A DNA stretch of 62,054 nt. Origin: Candidatus Limnocylindria bacterium (GTDB lineage: Bacteria; Chloroflexota; Limnocylindria; P2-11E). Location of the stretch: the NCBI GenBank assembly GCA_036276035.1, contig DASUCM010000105.1, forward strand, positions 1 through 62,054, in the 5' to 3' direction. Every line of letters starts with the position of its first letter. Position 1 is the stretch's first letter. The translations under genes and the position numbers were made by a program. The notes beneath the pieces were generated by a model that saw only the letters and a list, made by a program, of their open reading frames with translations, had not been told where the DNA came from and ran no database searches. This document shows, one piece after another, positions 44,101 to 53,237 of the stretch.

Positions 44101-44132
44101 GAATGTTGACGTTCCGTTGACCGGCCGTTGAG
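44101..44132 (+). promoter_or_regulatory. triple direct repeat GAAT-GTTGAC-N5-GTTGAC-N5-GTTGAG (11-nt period), candidate response-regulator operator
   Basis: Repeats at 44105, 44116 and 44127, lying 39-66 nt upstream of the S8 peptidase ATG in the region divergent from the kinase gene. A 14-bp perfect palindrome gggcgcatgcgccc lies at 44081..44094. Confidence 0.5.
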
Positions 44133-44170
44133 CGCGGCAGCGCCATCCTCCCGCCACCACGAACGGGGGT

Positions 44171-45940
44171 ATGGAAATGCAGCCACAAAAGGCAGCCGCG
44201 CTGGTCAGCTCGCTCCTTCTCGCGCTCGCGGTCTCGCTCGCGCCGCTCGGCGGGCAGGCCGCCGCCCAGGCGAGGATCGATCCGACGCTCCAGGCCGCCA
44301 TCCAGCAGGGCGGCACGGTCGCCGCCATCGCGATGTTCGACCATCCGGTCACCGCGATCGACAAGGCACGCCTCCAGGCGGCCGGCGCGACGACGGTCGT
44401 GCCGTACACGCGCTGGCCGTGGGCCGGCGTGATCGGTCCGGCAGGCGCGATCCAGGCGATCGCCGGGTTCGCCGACGTCCGCGAGATGCAGTTCGCGCCG
44501 GACATCGACTTCTACCTGCACGAGAGCGTGAAGCTCATCGGCGCGGACCGCGCGTGGGCGCCGAAGTCGGCTGGCGGGCTCGGCACGACGGGCGCCGGCA
44601 TCGGCGTCGCGATCGTCGACTCCGGGATCAACGCCACGCACCCTGATCTCGCGAAGCGCGTCGTGAAGAACCTGAAGTTCGTCGCCGACTACGTCGTCGA
44701 GACGAACGACTCCGACACGACGAGCGGACACGGCACGCACGTGGCGGGTACCGTCGCGGGCGACGGCACCGCCTCCAAGACGGGGACCTCGGCCGACCTC
44801 GGCGGCTACGGCTACTACACCGGCGTCGCCCCGGGGGCGGACCTCATCGGCCTCGGCGTCGGCGACGGCCGCAACATCATCTGGTCGCTCTCCGCGTTCA
44901 ACTGGATCGCCGACAACCACCGCGCGTACAACATCCGCGTCGTCTCCAACTCCTGGGGCGCGGCGGGCGGAGGGCCGTACAACCCGTCCTCGTCGATCAG
45001 CGTCGCGGCGGAGTCGCTCGCGGACCTCGGGATCACCGTTGTCTTCGCCGCCGGGAACGACGGCGTGAACTCCGGCACGACCTCGAGCGCGAACAACACG
45101 CTCAGCTCCTACTGCGGCGGGCGCGTCATCTGCGTCGCCTCCGGGACGAAGGACCGGACCCTCTCGAGCTTCTCGTCGACCGGCGCGCCGGACAACAGCC
45201 GGACGCCGACGCTCACGGCGCCCGGCACGCGCATCTGCGCGACGCGGAACCCTCACGGCATCACGACCGGCTCCCAGGCCGACGCGGGCCTGTTCGCGGA
45301 CACGCCGGCCGTGCGGCCCGAGTGGCTGCCCTACTACACCTGCATCAGCGGGACGAGCATGGCCACGCCGCACGTGTCCGCGACCGTCGCACTCATGCTC
45401 CAGCTGAACCCGGCGCTCACGCCGGTCGACATCGCGCGCGTGCTCGGCGCGACCGCGAGCGTCATGCCCGGCTATCAGCCGTACCAGGTCGGCGCGGGCT
45501 ACCTCGACGCCTACGCCGCCGCCGCGATGGCAAAGAAGACGCGCAGCACGGGCACCTGCAGGACGAAGAGCGGGAAGCAGCTCGCGACCGTCATCACGAG
45601 CGAGAGCTACAGCGGCACCATCGGGGTAGGCGTCGCCGACGCCGGCGCGGCCGCCCACGACCTGTACCCGTTCACCGTCGGGACGAAGGCGATCCGCGTG
45701 ACCGTGACCATCAACTGGACGACGCCCCAGGATCTGGACCTGCGCGTCCTCTACCCGGACGGGACGCAGGCCTCGTCATCCGGCAACTTCCCGGGCGTCA
45801 CCACGGAGACCGCCACGAAGAGCGACGGCGACTGCAGCGGCTCTCTGCCGGCGGGCCAGTGGACCGCCGACGCGGTCGGCTACGCGACCGTGGCGGAGAG
45901 CTACACCGGCATCATCGAGGTGGAGTACCTCGCGCGCTGA
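44171..45940 (+). CDS. secreted S8 family (subtilisin-like) serine peptidase with C-terminal beta domain
   Basis: Signal peptide and catalytic triad motifs VAIVDSGI, GHGTHVAGTVAG and SGTSMATPHVS. Confidence 0.92.
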   Translation: MEMQPQKAAALVSSLLLALAVSLAPLGGQAAAQARIDPTLQAAIQQGGTVAAIAMFDHPVTAIDKARLQAAGATTVVPYTRWPWAGVIGPAGAIQAIAGFADVREMQFAPDIDFYLHESVKLIGADRAWAPKSAGGLGTTGAGIGVAIVDSGINATHPDLAKRVVKNLKFVADYVVETNDSDTTSGHGTHVAGTVAGDGTASKTGTSADLGGYGYYTGVAPGADLIGLGVGDGRNIIWSLSAFNWIADNHRAYNIRVVSNSWGAAGGGPYNPSSSISVAAESLADLGITVVFAAGNDGVNSGTTSSANNTLSSYCGGRVICVASGTKDRTLSSFSSTGAPDNSRTPTLTAPGTRICATRNPHGITTGSQADAGLFADTPAVRPEWLPYYTCISGTSMATPHVSATVALMLQLNPALTPVDIARVLGATASVMPGYQPYQVGAGYLDAYAAAAMAKKTRSTGTCRTKSGKQLATVITSESYSGTIGVGVADAGAAAHDLYPFTVGTKAIRVTVTINWTTPQDLDLRVLYPDGTQASSSGNFPGVTTETATKSDGDCSGSLPAGQWTADAVGYATVAESYTGIIEVEYLAR

Positions 45941-45967
45941 GCCCTGCGCATCCCTTCCCTACCCCCA

Positions 45968-46006
45968 ACACGAAGGAGGCCCGCCGACGGCGGGCCTCCT
46001 TCGTGT
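45968..46006. terminator. 18-bp perfect hairpin, bidirectional terminator between convergent genes
   Basis: acacgaaggaggcccgcc / ggcgggcctccttcgtgt with a 3-nt centre. Confidence 0.8.
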
Positions 46007-46019
46007 CGTATCCGGACCG

Positions 46020-46169
46020 TCAGGCGACCCTGCGGCCGGTGATGAGCTGGTAGACGAGCACGATGAGCGCGATGACGAGGAGCAGGTGGACAATCGCGCC
46101 GAGGTTCGGCAGCGCCACGATGCCGAGAAGCCAGAGGATCAAGAGGACCGCGATGATCGTCCAGAGCAA
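46020..46169 (-). CDS. lmo0937-family small membrane protein
   Basis: TTG 46169, 9 nt after AAGGAG, gives MLWTIIAVLLILWLLG...HLLLVIALIVLVYQLITGRR, matching the family N-terminus. The track ORF extends to 46205. Confidence 0.7.
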   Translation of the reverse strand: MLWTIIAVLLILWLLGIVALPNLGAIVHLLLVIALIVLVYQLITGRRVA

Positions 46170-46258
46170 CCGGGTCACCTCCTTCCGGAGGGCCGGTATT
46201 CGCACGACCCGTGCCAGCCGGTCAGTCGGGCGGGCGGGCGGGCGAGCGGTGCCTCCGG

Positions 46259-46642
46259 CTAGGCCGACGCCGGCCCGGAGTGCTGCTGCACCAGCTGCAG
46301 CAGGTCGTCGAGCTGGAACGGTTTCGCAAGGAAGCCGTCCGCGCCGATCTCCTTCGCGTCCTTGGCCACGTCGAGCGCTGCCGTGACGATGACGATCGGG
46401 GCGTGCGGGCCCGGCCGCTGGCGGTAGGTGCGGGCGAACTCCCAGCCATCCATGACCGGCATGCGCATGTCGAGGAGGATGACGTCCGGCCGCCCCTGGG
46501 CGACCCGGTCGAGCGCCTGCTGGCCATCCGTCGCTTCCGTGACCTCGTAGCCCTCGTCCGCCAGGACCGTGCGGACGAACTCGCGGATGCCCTTGTCGTC
46601 ATCGACCACGAGGACCCGGGCGCAACGGTTCTCGGTTCCCAT
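46259..46642 (-). CDS. single-domain (CheY-like) response regulator
   Basis: RVLVVDDD, DVILLDMRMPVMDG and GADGFLAKPF. The start is ATG 46642 (or 46690). Confidence 0.85.
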   Translation of the reverse strand: MGTENRCARVLVVDDDKGIREFVRTVLADEGYEVTEATDGQQALDRVAQGRPDVILLDMRMPVMDGWEFARTYRQRPGPHAPIVIVTAALDVAKDAKEIGADGFLAKPFQLDDLLQLVQQHSGPASA

Positions 46643-46810
46643 CCACGCGGCAGGGTACGCCCGCGGGGCCACCCGCGCGAAGAGGACCATCGCCTCACTC
46701 CCGTCGGGCTAGCCCCTTCGGGGCAGACGCGTATCGGACTGGCCCGCCGGAGGCAGCCGGGTGCTGCGCGTCACATCTCCGGAGCAGCGCCGCTCGTACG
46801 GTCTGGTGGG

Positions 46811-48196
46811 ATGAGGGTGGCGGGCGCGCACGGGCTCAGCCCGGTCGCGCGCTTCTCGATCGCGCTCGCGGTGATCCTGGCCGTCGCGGGCCTCACGCTC
46901 GCGGCCGGGACGACCATCCTGTTCGGCCGCTACGTCGAGACCGAGACCGCGCGCTTCACCGAGGACGCCGTCGGCAGCCACTTCGGCACGCTCTTCGAGA
47001 ACGCGGTCTTCGAACGGCCGCTCACCGCCCAGGAGCGCAACGCGCTCGAGGCGCAGGTCGTCTACCACTTCTCCGTCTACGGGATCCTCGCGACGCGCTT
47101 CTACGAGCCGAACGGCCGGATCGTCTTCTCCTACGAGACGAGCGAGATCGGCCGGTCCGTGCCGATCGAGCAGTCCGCGGCCCTGCAGTCGACGCTCGCC
47201 GGCAACGCGCCGCCGCCGGTCCGCCGCGACGTCGTCGCCGACATGCGCTTCGGGATGCCGGGCATGGTCCCCGCGAACGCGCCGGCGTGGATGGGAGATC
47301 ACAGCCACGGCCCGTCCTCGCGTCAGCCGGACGTGCGCCGCGCCGGGACGCTGGAGACCTGGGTCCCGGTGGTCCAGGGAGGGAAGACCATCGGCGCCGC
47401 CGTCGTGTGGCGCTACATCGAGCCGATCGACGCCGCGCTCCGTCAGATCCAGACCCTCTCCGCGGCCATCATCGCGCTCGCCGCTCTGCTGCTCTGGCTC
47501 GTGCTGCGGGGCGTGTACGTGCGGTCGTCCGAGCAGATCGTCGCGCAGAGCCACGCGCTCGGCCGTGCGCTCGCCGAGACGGAGCGGACCTACGACGCGA
47601 CACTGCACGCGCTGTCCAGCGCGCTCGACGTCCGCGACACGGAGACCGAGGGCCACGCGCGCCGCGTCGTCGAGTACATGGAGCTCATCGCGGAGGAGCT
47701 CGGCCTGCCCGAGGAGATGTACGCCACGCTCCGGCGCGGCGCGCTGCTGCACGACATCGGCAAGATCGGGGTGCCCGACCATGTCCTGCGCAAGCCCGGG
47801 CCGCTCACGGATGCCGAGTGGACGGTCATGCGCCGGCATCCCGACCTCGGCGCGGGGATCATCGAGGACATCCCGTTCCTCGAGGAGGTCGCCGTCATCG
47901 TCCGCGCGCACCACGAGCGCTGGGACGGGCGCGGCTACCCGGACGGTCTCGCAGGCAACGACATACCGCTCGGCGCGCGGATCTTCGCGGTGGCCGACTC
48001 GTTCGACGCCATGACCTCGGACCGCCCCTACCGGCTCGGCCGCCCGATGCAGGAGGCGCTCGGCGAGATCGTCGGCGGGCGCGGCACGCAGTTCGACCCG
48101 CAGGTCTGCGACGCATTCCTGCGCATACCGCGCGAGCGGCTCGCCTCGGTCTACGCCGCCGCGCCGCACTCTCACCCGGTGGCTGCGGCCAGCTAG
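46811..48196 (+). CDS. membrane-anchored HD-GYP domain protein (c-di-GMP phosphodiesterase family)
   Basis: In-frame ATG 46811, two TM helices flanking a periplasmic segment, then HDIGKIGVP and HHERWDGRGYP. Confidence 0.88.
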   Translation: MRVAGAHGLSPVARFSIALAVILAVAGLTLAAGTTILFGRYVETETARFTEDAVGSHFGTLFENAVFERPLTAQERNALEAQVVYHFSVYGILATRFYEPNGRIVFSYETSEIGRSVPIEQSAALQSTLAGNAPPPVRRDVVADMRFGMPGMVPANAPAWMGDHSHGPSSRQPDVRRAGTLETWVPVVQGGKTIGAAVVWRYIEPIDAALRQIQTLSAAIIALAALLLWLVLRGVYVRSSEQIVAQSHALGRALAETERTYDATLHALSSALDVRDTETEGHARRVVEYMELIAEELGLPEEMYATLRRGALLHDIGKIGVPDHVLRKPGPLTDAEWTVMRRHPDLGAGIIEDIPFLEEVAVIVRAHHERWDGRGYPDGLAGNDIPLGARIFAVADSFDAMTSDRPYRLGRPMQEALGEIVGGRGTQFDPQVCDAFLRIPRERLASVYAAAPHSHPVAAAS

Positions 48197-48213
48197 TCAC
48201 CACCGTGCTTTGT

Positions 48214-48330
48214 GTGGCTGGATGGCCACGCGGCTCGGCCAGGCTTCATCACGTTGAGCGATCCCTACCGTTGTGACGCCTCGCCGGCTTCGCCGGCTCG
48301 ACCCGTCCTCGCCGCGTGCCATCCAGCCAC
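48214..48330 (+). repeat. copy A of a ~117-nt hairpin-enclosed repeated element
   Basis: An 18-bp outer stem (48214..48232 with 48313..48330) encloses a core that matches the reverse complement of 57074..57191. Confidence 0.7.
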
Positions 48331-48347
48331 TGGAGACGGGTGCGCGT

Positions 48348-49907
48348 CTAGCCCTCGGCGCGCAGCTCTTCGAGGTCGAGGTCGCGCTCGATGCGGCGGC
48401 GGACCTCGTCCGAGATGGCGCCGCGGGCGTGCAGGTCGAGCGCCGCTTCGCGCTCCGCCTCGATGAGCTCCCGGCGGATGCGGCGGTGGACGATGAGCTC
48501 CTCCTCGGGGGCGGCGTCGGGACCGTCGTGGTGCTCAAGAGCGTGCGTGGCCTGATGGGAGTAGCGGGCCTCGAGCGCATCGAGCAGCTCGCCATGGTCC
48601 GAGTACGGCGCGCGAAGCTCCGCGAGCCGCGCGAGCGCCGCGTCCGCCGTCTCCGCACGGGCGTGCGCTTCCTCGTGCCCCGTGTCGTCGGCGACCGTGA
48701 CCCCGAGCCCACGGATCACGAACGGGAGCGTGAGGCCCTGACCGACGAGCGTGGTCGCGATGACGCAGTACGTGATGAAGATGAGCAGGGGTCGCTCGGC
48801 GAGATCGTGTGGGAGCGCGAGCGCGGCGGCGAGCGAGACCGCGCCGCGCATGCCGGCCCAGCCGAGGACGACGACCCACTGCCATGGCGGGTTCGGGTCA
48901 CGGCGGCGGAGCGACGGGCTGAGGAGGCGCGGCAGGTACGTCCCCGGGAAGACCCACACGAACCGCGCGACGATGACGGTCAGCGATACGAGGGCCCCGA
49001 GGCCGAGCAGGCTGCTCGCGGGAATGTCGCCGAGGCCCGCGACGACGGCCGGCAGCTGCAGGCCGACCAGCGTGAAGACGAGCCCGTTCAGGACGAACAC
49101 GACCATCTGCCACACCGCCGCGCCCGCGACACGCGCCTCGCTGGAGAGCGTCCGCGAGGCGTGCTGCCCCACATAGAGGCCCGCGGTGACCGCGGCCAGG
49201 ACGCCGGAGACCCCGAGCTGCTCGGCCGGGAGGTACGCGACGTACGGCGCCAGGAGCGAGACCGTGATCGAGACCGGCGTGTCCGAGAGCCGCCGCCGTA
49301 GCTCGGTCACCGCGAAGCCCACGGCCAGGCCGAGGAGCACTCCGCCGAGCCCGACCGTCAGGAAGCGGCCGCCCGCTTCGACGAGCGAGAAGCTTCCGGT
49401 GACCGCGGCGAGCAGCGCGATGCGGTAGGCGACGAGCGCGGTCGCGTCGTTCAGCAGGCTCTCGCCCTCGAGGATCGTCACGATCCGCTTCGGCGCGCCG
49501 ACGCGCTGCAGGACCGCGGTCGCGGCGATCGCGTCCGGCGGCGCGACGATCGCGCCGAGCGCGAACGCGATCGGCCAGCTCATCGACGGCACCGCGAGCC
49601 GGACGGCGACGGCGACGGCGGCGATGGTGAAGAGCACCAGCCCGACCGCGAGGAGCGCGATCGGCCGCGTGTTCCGCCGGATGTCGCGGATCGACGTGGA
49701 CGCGGCCGCGATGTACAGCAGCGGCGGCAGGAAGAGGAGGAAGACGAGGTCCGGCTCGAGCTCCACGTGCGGCAGGCCCGGGACGAGCCCGATCGCGGTG
49801 CCGCCGACGACCATGAGCAGCGGGTACGGGACGCCGATGCGCCGGGCGACGGCGGCGAGCGCGGCGACGACCGCCATGAGCCCGAGGACGAGCTCGATCT
49901 CGCTCAT
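48348..49907 (-). CDS. Na+/H+ antiporter (CPA1 family, NhaP-like) with cytoplasmic C-terminal domain
   Basis: About 12 TM helices, with LFLLFLPPLLY and ESLLNDATALV motifs. Confidence 0.9.
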   Translation of the reverse strand: MSEIELVLGLMAVVAALAAVARRIGVPYPLLMVVGGTAIGLVPGLPHVELEPDLVFLLFLPPLLYIAAASTSIRDIRRNTRPIALLAVGLVLFTIAAVAVAVRLAVPSMSWPIAFALGAIVAPPDAIAATAVLQRVGAPKRIVTILEGESLLNDATALVAYRIALLAAVTGSFSLVEAGGRFLTVGLGGVLLGLAVGFAVTELRRRLSDTPVSITVSLLAPYVAYLPAEQLGVSGVLAAVTAGLYVGQHASRTLSSEARVAGAAVWQMVVFVLNGLVFTLVGLQLPAVVAGLGDIPASSLLGLGALVSLTVIVARFVWVFPGTYLPRLLSPSLRRRDPNPPWQWVVVLGWAGMRGAVSLAAALALPHDLAERPLLIFITYCVIATTLVGQGLTLPFVIRGLGVTVADDTGHEEAHARAETADAALARLAELRAPYSDHGELLDALEARYSHQATHALEHHDGPDAAPEEELIVHRRIRRELIEAEREAALDLHARGAISDEVRRRIERDLDLEELRAEG

Positions 49908-49940
49908 GCGCGAACGCTATTCCCCGTGCACACTTGACGC

Positions 49941-51878
49941 ATGGCGACCAGCACGCCGAACGCGACGGCGACCGGCCTCACCGAGCGCAACCGCGCGCGG
50001 CTCGAACAGGCGCGTGCCCACCTGCGGCGAATCGAGGAGGCCGGACCGGCCGGCGGCAAGGCGGCGGTGCTCGGTGCCCTGAACGATCTCGGTCTCGAGC
50101 TCGCGACGGCCGGCGCCGAGTGCGGCCTGCTCTCCGAGGTGCACCCCGACGCGAAGACCCGCGCGGCGGCCGAGGAGATCGTGCGTGAGGTGAGCAAGTT
50201 CGCGACGGAGCTCGGCCAGCACCGCGGCCTCTACGACGCGCTCGGAGCGCTCGACGATGCGGGCCTGGACGATCTCGAGCGCAGGCTCGTCTTCCTCCAG
50301 CGCCGGGACATGAAGCGGTCCGGCGTCGAGCTCGGCGACGCCGCGCGCGGGCGCGTGCGCGAGCTGCGCGAGGAGCTCGTGGCGATCACGCAGGCCTTCG
50401 CGCGCAACATCCGCGACGACGTGCGCGGCGTCGACCTCGATCCGGCCGACCTCGATGGGCTCCCGGCCGATTACGTCGCCGCCCACCCGCCCGGCCAGGG
50501 CGGCAGGGTCCGCATCACGACGGACTACCCCGACTACATCCCCTTCATGTCCTACGCGAGGAGCGGCGAGGCCCGCAAGGCGCTCATGCGCGCGCAGAAC
50601 CTGCGCGCGACGCCCGTCAATCTCGAGGTGCTCGACCGCATGCTCGAGCGGCGTCACGAGCTCGCGGGGATCCTCGGCTACCGGACCTACGCGGACTACG
50701 CGACCGAGGACAAGATGATCGAGACGTCGCAGGCGGCGCGCGACTTCATCGAGCGCGCGTTCGACGCCACGCGCGAGGCGGGCGCAGCCGAGACGAAGCG
50801 TCTGCTCGCGCTGAAGAAGCGCCAGGGCCTGCCGGGCGACGAGCTCTACGACTACGAGGTCGGCTACCTCACCGAGCAGGTGAAGGCGAGCGAGCTCGCG
50901 TTCGACGCTCGCGCCGTGCGCCCCTACTTCGAGTACCGGCGCGTGAAGGACGCGATCCTCGAGCTGAACAGCGAGCTCTTCGGCATGACCTTCACGAAGG
51001 TGGAGGCGGAGCTCTGGCACCCGTCCGTCGAGACCTACGACGTGACGGTCGACGGGAAGCACGCGGGGCGGATCTCGCTCGATATGTTCCCGAGGGACGG
51101 GAAGTTCAAGCACGCCGCGTGCTTCGGCTACCGGCCGGGCGTCGGGGGCAAGCAGCTCCCCCACTACGTCCTCGTGTGCAACTTCCCCGATCCCGACGCG
51201 CAGAGCGGCCCCGCGCTCATGGACCACCGCGAGGTCGTCACCTTCTTCCACGAGTTCGGTCACCTCGTGCACTCCATCGTCCGAGGCGGGGTGCCGTGGG
51301 TCCGTCTCGGCCAGGTCGCGGAGTGGGACTTCGTCGAAGCGCCGTCGCAGTTCCTCGAGGAGTGGATCTACGACTACGGCGTGCTGCGGCGATTCGCGAA
51401 GCACGTCGAGACGGGCGAGGCCATCACCGAGGAGCTCGTGAAGCGCCTGCGCGACGCGCGCGACTTCGGCCGCGGCGTGTTCGTGCAGCGCCAGCTGTTC
51501 CTCTCGGCGGTCGCGCTCGAGCTCCACGACCGCGACCCGAAGGAGATCGACACGACGAAGCTCGTCTTCGAGCTCGCCGAGCGCTACTCGCCCTCGACGC
51601 TCGACCCGGAGTCACGATTCCAGGCGAGCTTCGGTCACCTCGAGGGGTACACCTCGAACTACTACACGTACATGTACTCGAAGGTCCTGGCCGTCGACAT
51701 GCTCACCGCGTTCACGAACGGGCTGATGGACCAGGCGCTCGCGCGCCGCTACCGCGACCTCGTCCTCGCGCCCGGCGGCACGAAGCCGGCCGCGGCGCTG
51801 GTGAAGGACTTCCTCGGGCGGCCGTTCAGCTTCGACGCGTTCCGCGACTGGCTCGCGCCGAAGCCCGGGGAGTCTTAG
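49941..51878 (+). CDS. M3 family metallo-oligopeptidase
   Basis: The zinc motif FFHEFGHLVH with a downstream E, and a length of 645 aa typical of thimet/oligopeptidase A-like enzymes. Confidence 0.9.
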   Translation: MATSTPNATATGLTERNRARLEQARAHLRRIEEAGPAGGKAAVLGALNDLGLELATAGAECGLLSEVHPDAKTRAAAEEIVREVSKFATELGQHRGLYDALGALDDAGLDDLERRLVFLQRRDMKRSGVELGDAARGRVRELREELVAITQAFARNIRDDVRGVDLDPADLDGLPADYVAAHPPGQGGRVRITTDYPDYIPFMSYARSGEARKALMRAQNLRATPVNLEVLDRMLERRHELAGILGYRTYADYATEDKMIETSQAARDFIERAFDATREAGAAETKRLLALKKRQGLPGDELYDYEVGYLTEQVKASELAFDARAVRPYFEYRRVKDAILELNSELFGMTFTKVEAELWHPSVETYDVTVDGKHAGRISLDMFPRDGKFKHAACFGYRPGVGGKQLPHYVLVCNFPDPDAQSGPALMDHREVVTFFHEFGHLVHSIVRGGVPWVRLGQVAEWDFVEAPSQFLEEWIYDYGVLRRFAKHVETGEAITEELVKRLRDARDFGRGVFVQRQLFLSAVALELHDRDPKEIDTTKLVFELAERYSPSTLDPESRFQASFGHLEGYTSNYYTYMYSKVLAVDMLTAFTNGLMDQALARRYRDLVLAPGGTKPAAALVKDFLGRPFSFDAFRDWLAPKPGES

Positions 51879-51944
51879 CCCACCTTCGCTTTCGGCGTGG
51901 CGGTCCTATTTACACCACTAGAACATCTGTGCTATCAGCGGCCG

Positions 51945-52574
51945 ATGGCAACGGATGGGCCGCGCGATCGTGAGCTTGAGCGTGAGCGCATGCGTCTGTG
52001 GCGGGAGCGGAACCGCGACGCGTGGAACCGCTATCACCGCGAGTACCAGGCGGAGCTCCGATCGGATCCGGCTCGCTATCAACGGAAGCTCGATTACCAC
52101 AAGGCGTACTACCGCGCCCACCGCGAAGAGATGATCGCGAGACAGCGAGCCCGATACCGCGCCCGCTACCAGAGCGACGCGGAGGGCATCCGTCGTGTCA
52201 AGCGCGACTACCGCGCAAGACATCGCGACAACACGCGCCTGCGCGGTCGTATCGCCAACCATCGGAGACGCTCACGGGTAGGGGCCGAGTTCCTGACGGC
52301 CGCTCTGTGGTACGCGATCCTGGAGACCCAGGCGCATCTATGTGCCTATTGCAGATGCGAAGTTCCCCTCGAGATCGAGCACAAGATCCCGCTTGCCCGC
52401 GGCGGCACGCACGTCCCCGAGAACATCCTCGCGGCCTGTCGGCCCTGCAATCTGCGAAAGGGGACGAAGACGGATGCGGAGTTCCGAAAGTGGCTCGCGG
52501 ACCAGTTCGGCAACGGAGAGGATGGCTGTCCCCTCCATCGGAATCCCGAACAGTTCGAGACGGACAAGGAATGA
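51945..52574 (+). CDS. HNH endonuclease with Arg/Tyr-rich repetitive N-terminal region
   Basis: The HNH core CAYCRCEVPLEIEHKIPLARGGTHVPENILAACRPCNLRKG. GC3 is visibly lower than in neighbours. The track ORF starts at 51897. Confidence 0.85.
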   Translation: MATDGPRDRELERERMRLWRERNRDAWNRYHREYQAELRSDPARYQRKLDYHKAYYRAHREEMIARQRARYRARYQSDAEGIRRVKRDYRARHRDNTRLRGRIANHRRRSRVGAEFLTAALWYAILETQAHLCAYCRCEVPLEIEHKIPLARGGTHVPENILAACRPCNLRKGTKTDAEFRKWLADQFGNGEDGCPLHRNPEQFETDKE

Positions 52575-52601
52575 GGGGCTCGTGATACGAGCCCCTCATT
52601 C
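52569..52601. terminator. 14-bp perfect hairpin, bidirectional terminator
   Basis: gaatgaggggctcg-tgata-cgagcccctcattc. It includes the HNH stop codon. Confidence 0.75.
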
Positions 52602-52625
52602 GCGGAAGCACCTCAGCGAAGATCG

Positions 52626-53165
52626 CTACGACTTCAGCGCAAGCTGGCCACGGATGACGCCAGGTGCATGAAGCGTCGAGTGCAGGTTGAAATAGAACCC
52701 GGCCGGGCTCGTCGCGATCTCGTTCAGCAGGGCCGCGTCGATCGTCGCGATGTTCTTCGTGATCGTCCCGGCGCCCGCGGTGAGCTTCCACTCGCCGGCG
52801 ACCAGGCCCGAGTTCACGACGACGCCGCCGTTCGCCCCCTTGGCGCCGCGGTGGATGTGCATGATGTTGATCTCGGTCGTCGCCGGGCAGCCCTTCACTT
52901 CGACCGCGAACGTCCCGCTGTTCGTCGCCTTGTTCAGCGTGACCGTCGCGGTACCGCTGCACGACGCCTCCGCGCTCGTGATCGGCGGGACCTCCTCGGT
53001 CGGGAGCAGGGTCGCCGTGAGCACGACCGTCGTCGAGGGTGTCGGTGTCGGCGTCGGCGCCGCCGTGGTCGGGGCGGGCGTCGCGGTCGCCTGGGTGGTC
53101 GTTCCGCCGCCCCCGCACGCGGCGAGCGCGAGCGTGGCTGCGAGGCCGATTGCGATGCGCTTCAT
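52626..53165 (-). CDS. CHRD domain-containing lipoprotein
   Basis: Lipobox LALAAC, a Thr/Pro linker, and HIHRGAKGANGGVVV with HSTLHAPGVIRGQL, typical of CHRD. Confidence 0.8.
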   Translation of the reverse strand: MKRIAIGLAATLALAACGGGGTTTQATATPAPTTAAPTPTPTPSTTVVLTATLLPTEEVPPITSAEASCSGTATVTLNKATNSGTFAVEVKGCPATTEINIMHIHRGAKGANGGVVVNSGLVAGEWKLTAGAGTITKNIATIDAALLNEIATSPAGFYFNLHSTLHAPGVIRGQLALKS

Positions 53166-53237
53166 GCAGTTCCCTCCTTGGTGTCGGAGGGGAGTACGTG
53201 CGGGACCGCGTTCCGGATGCCTTGCCGCCCGGGGTGT

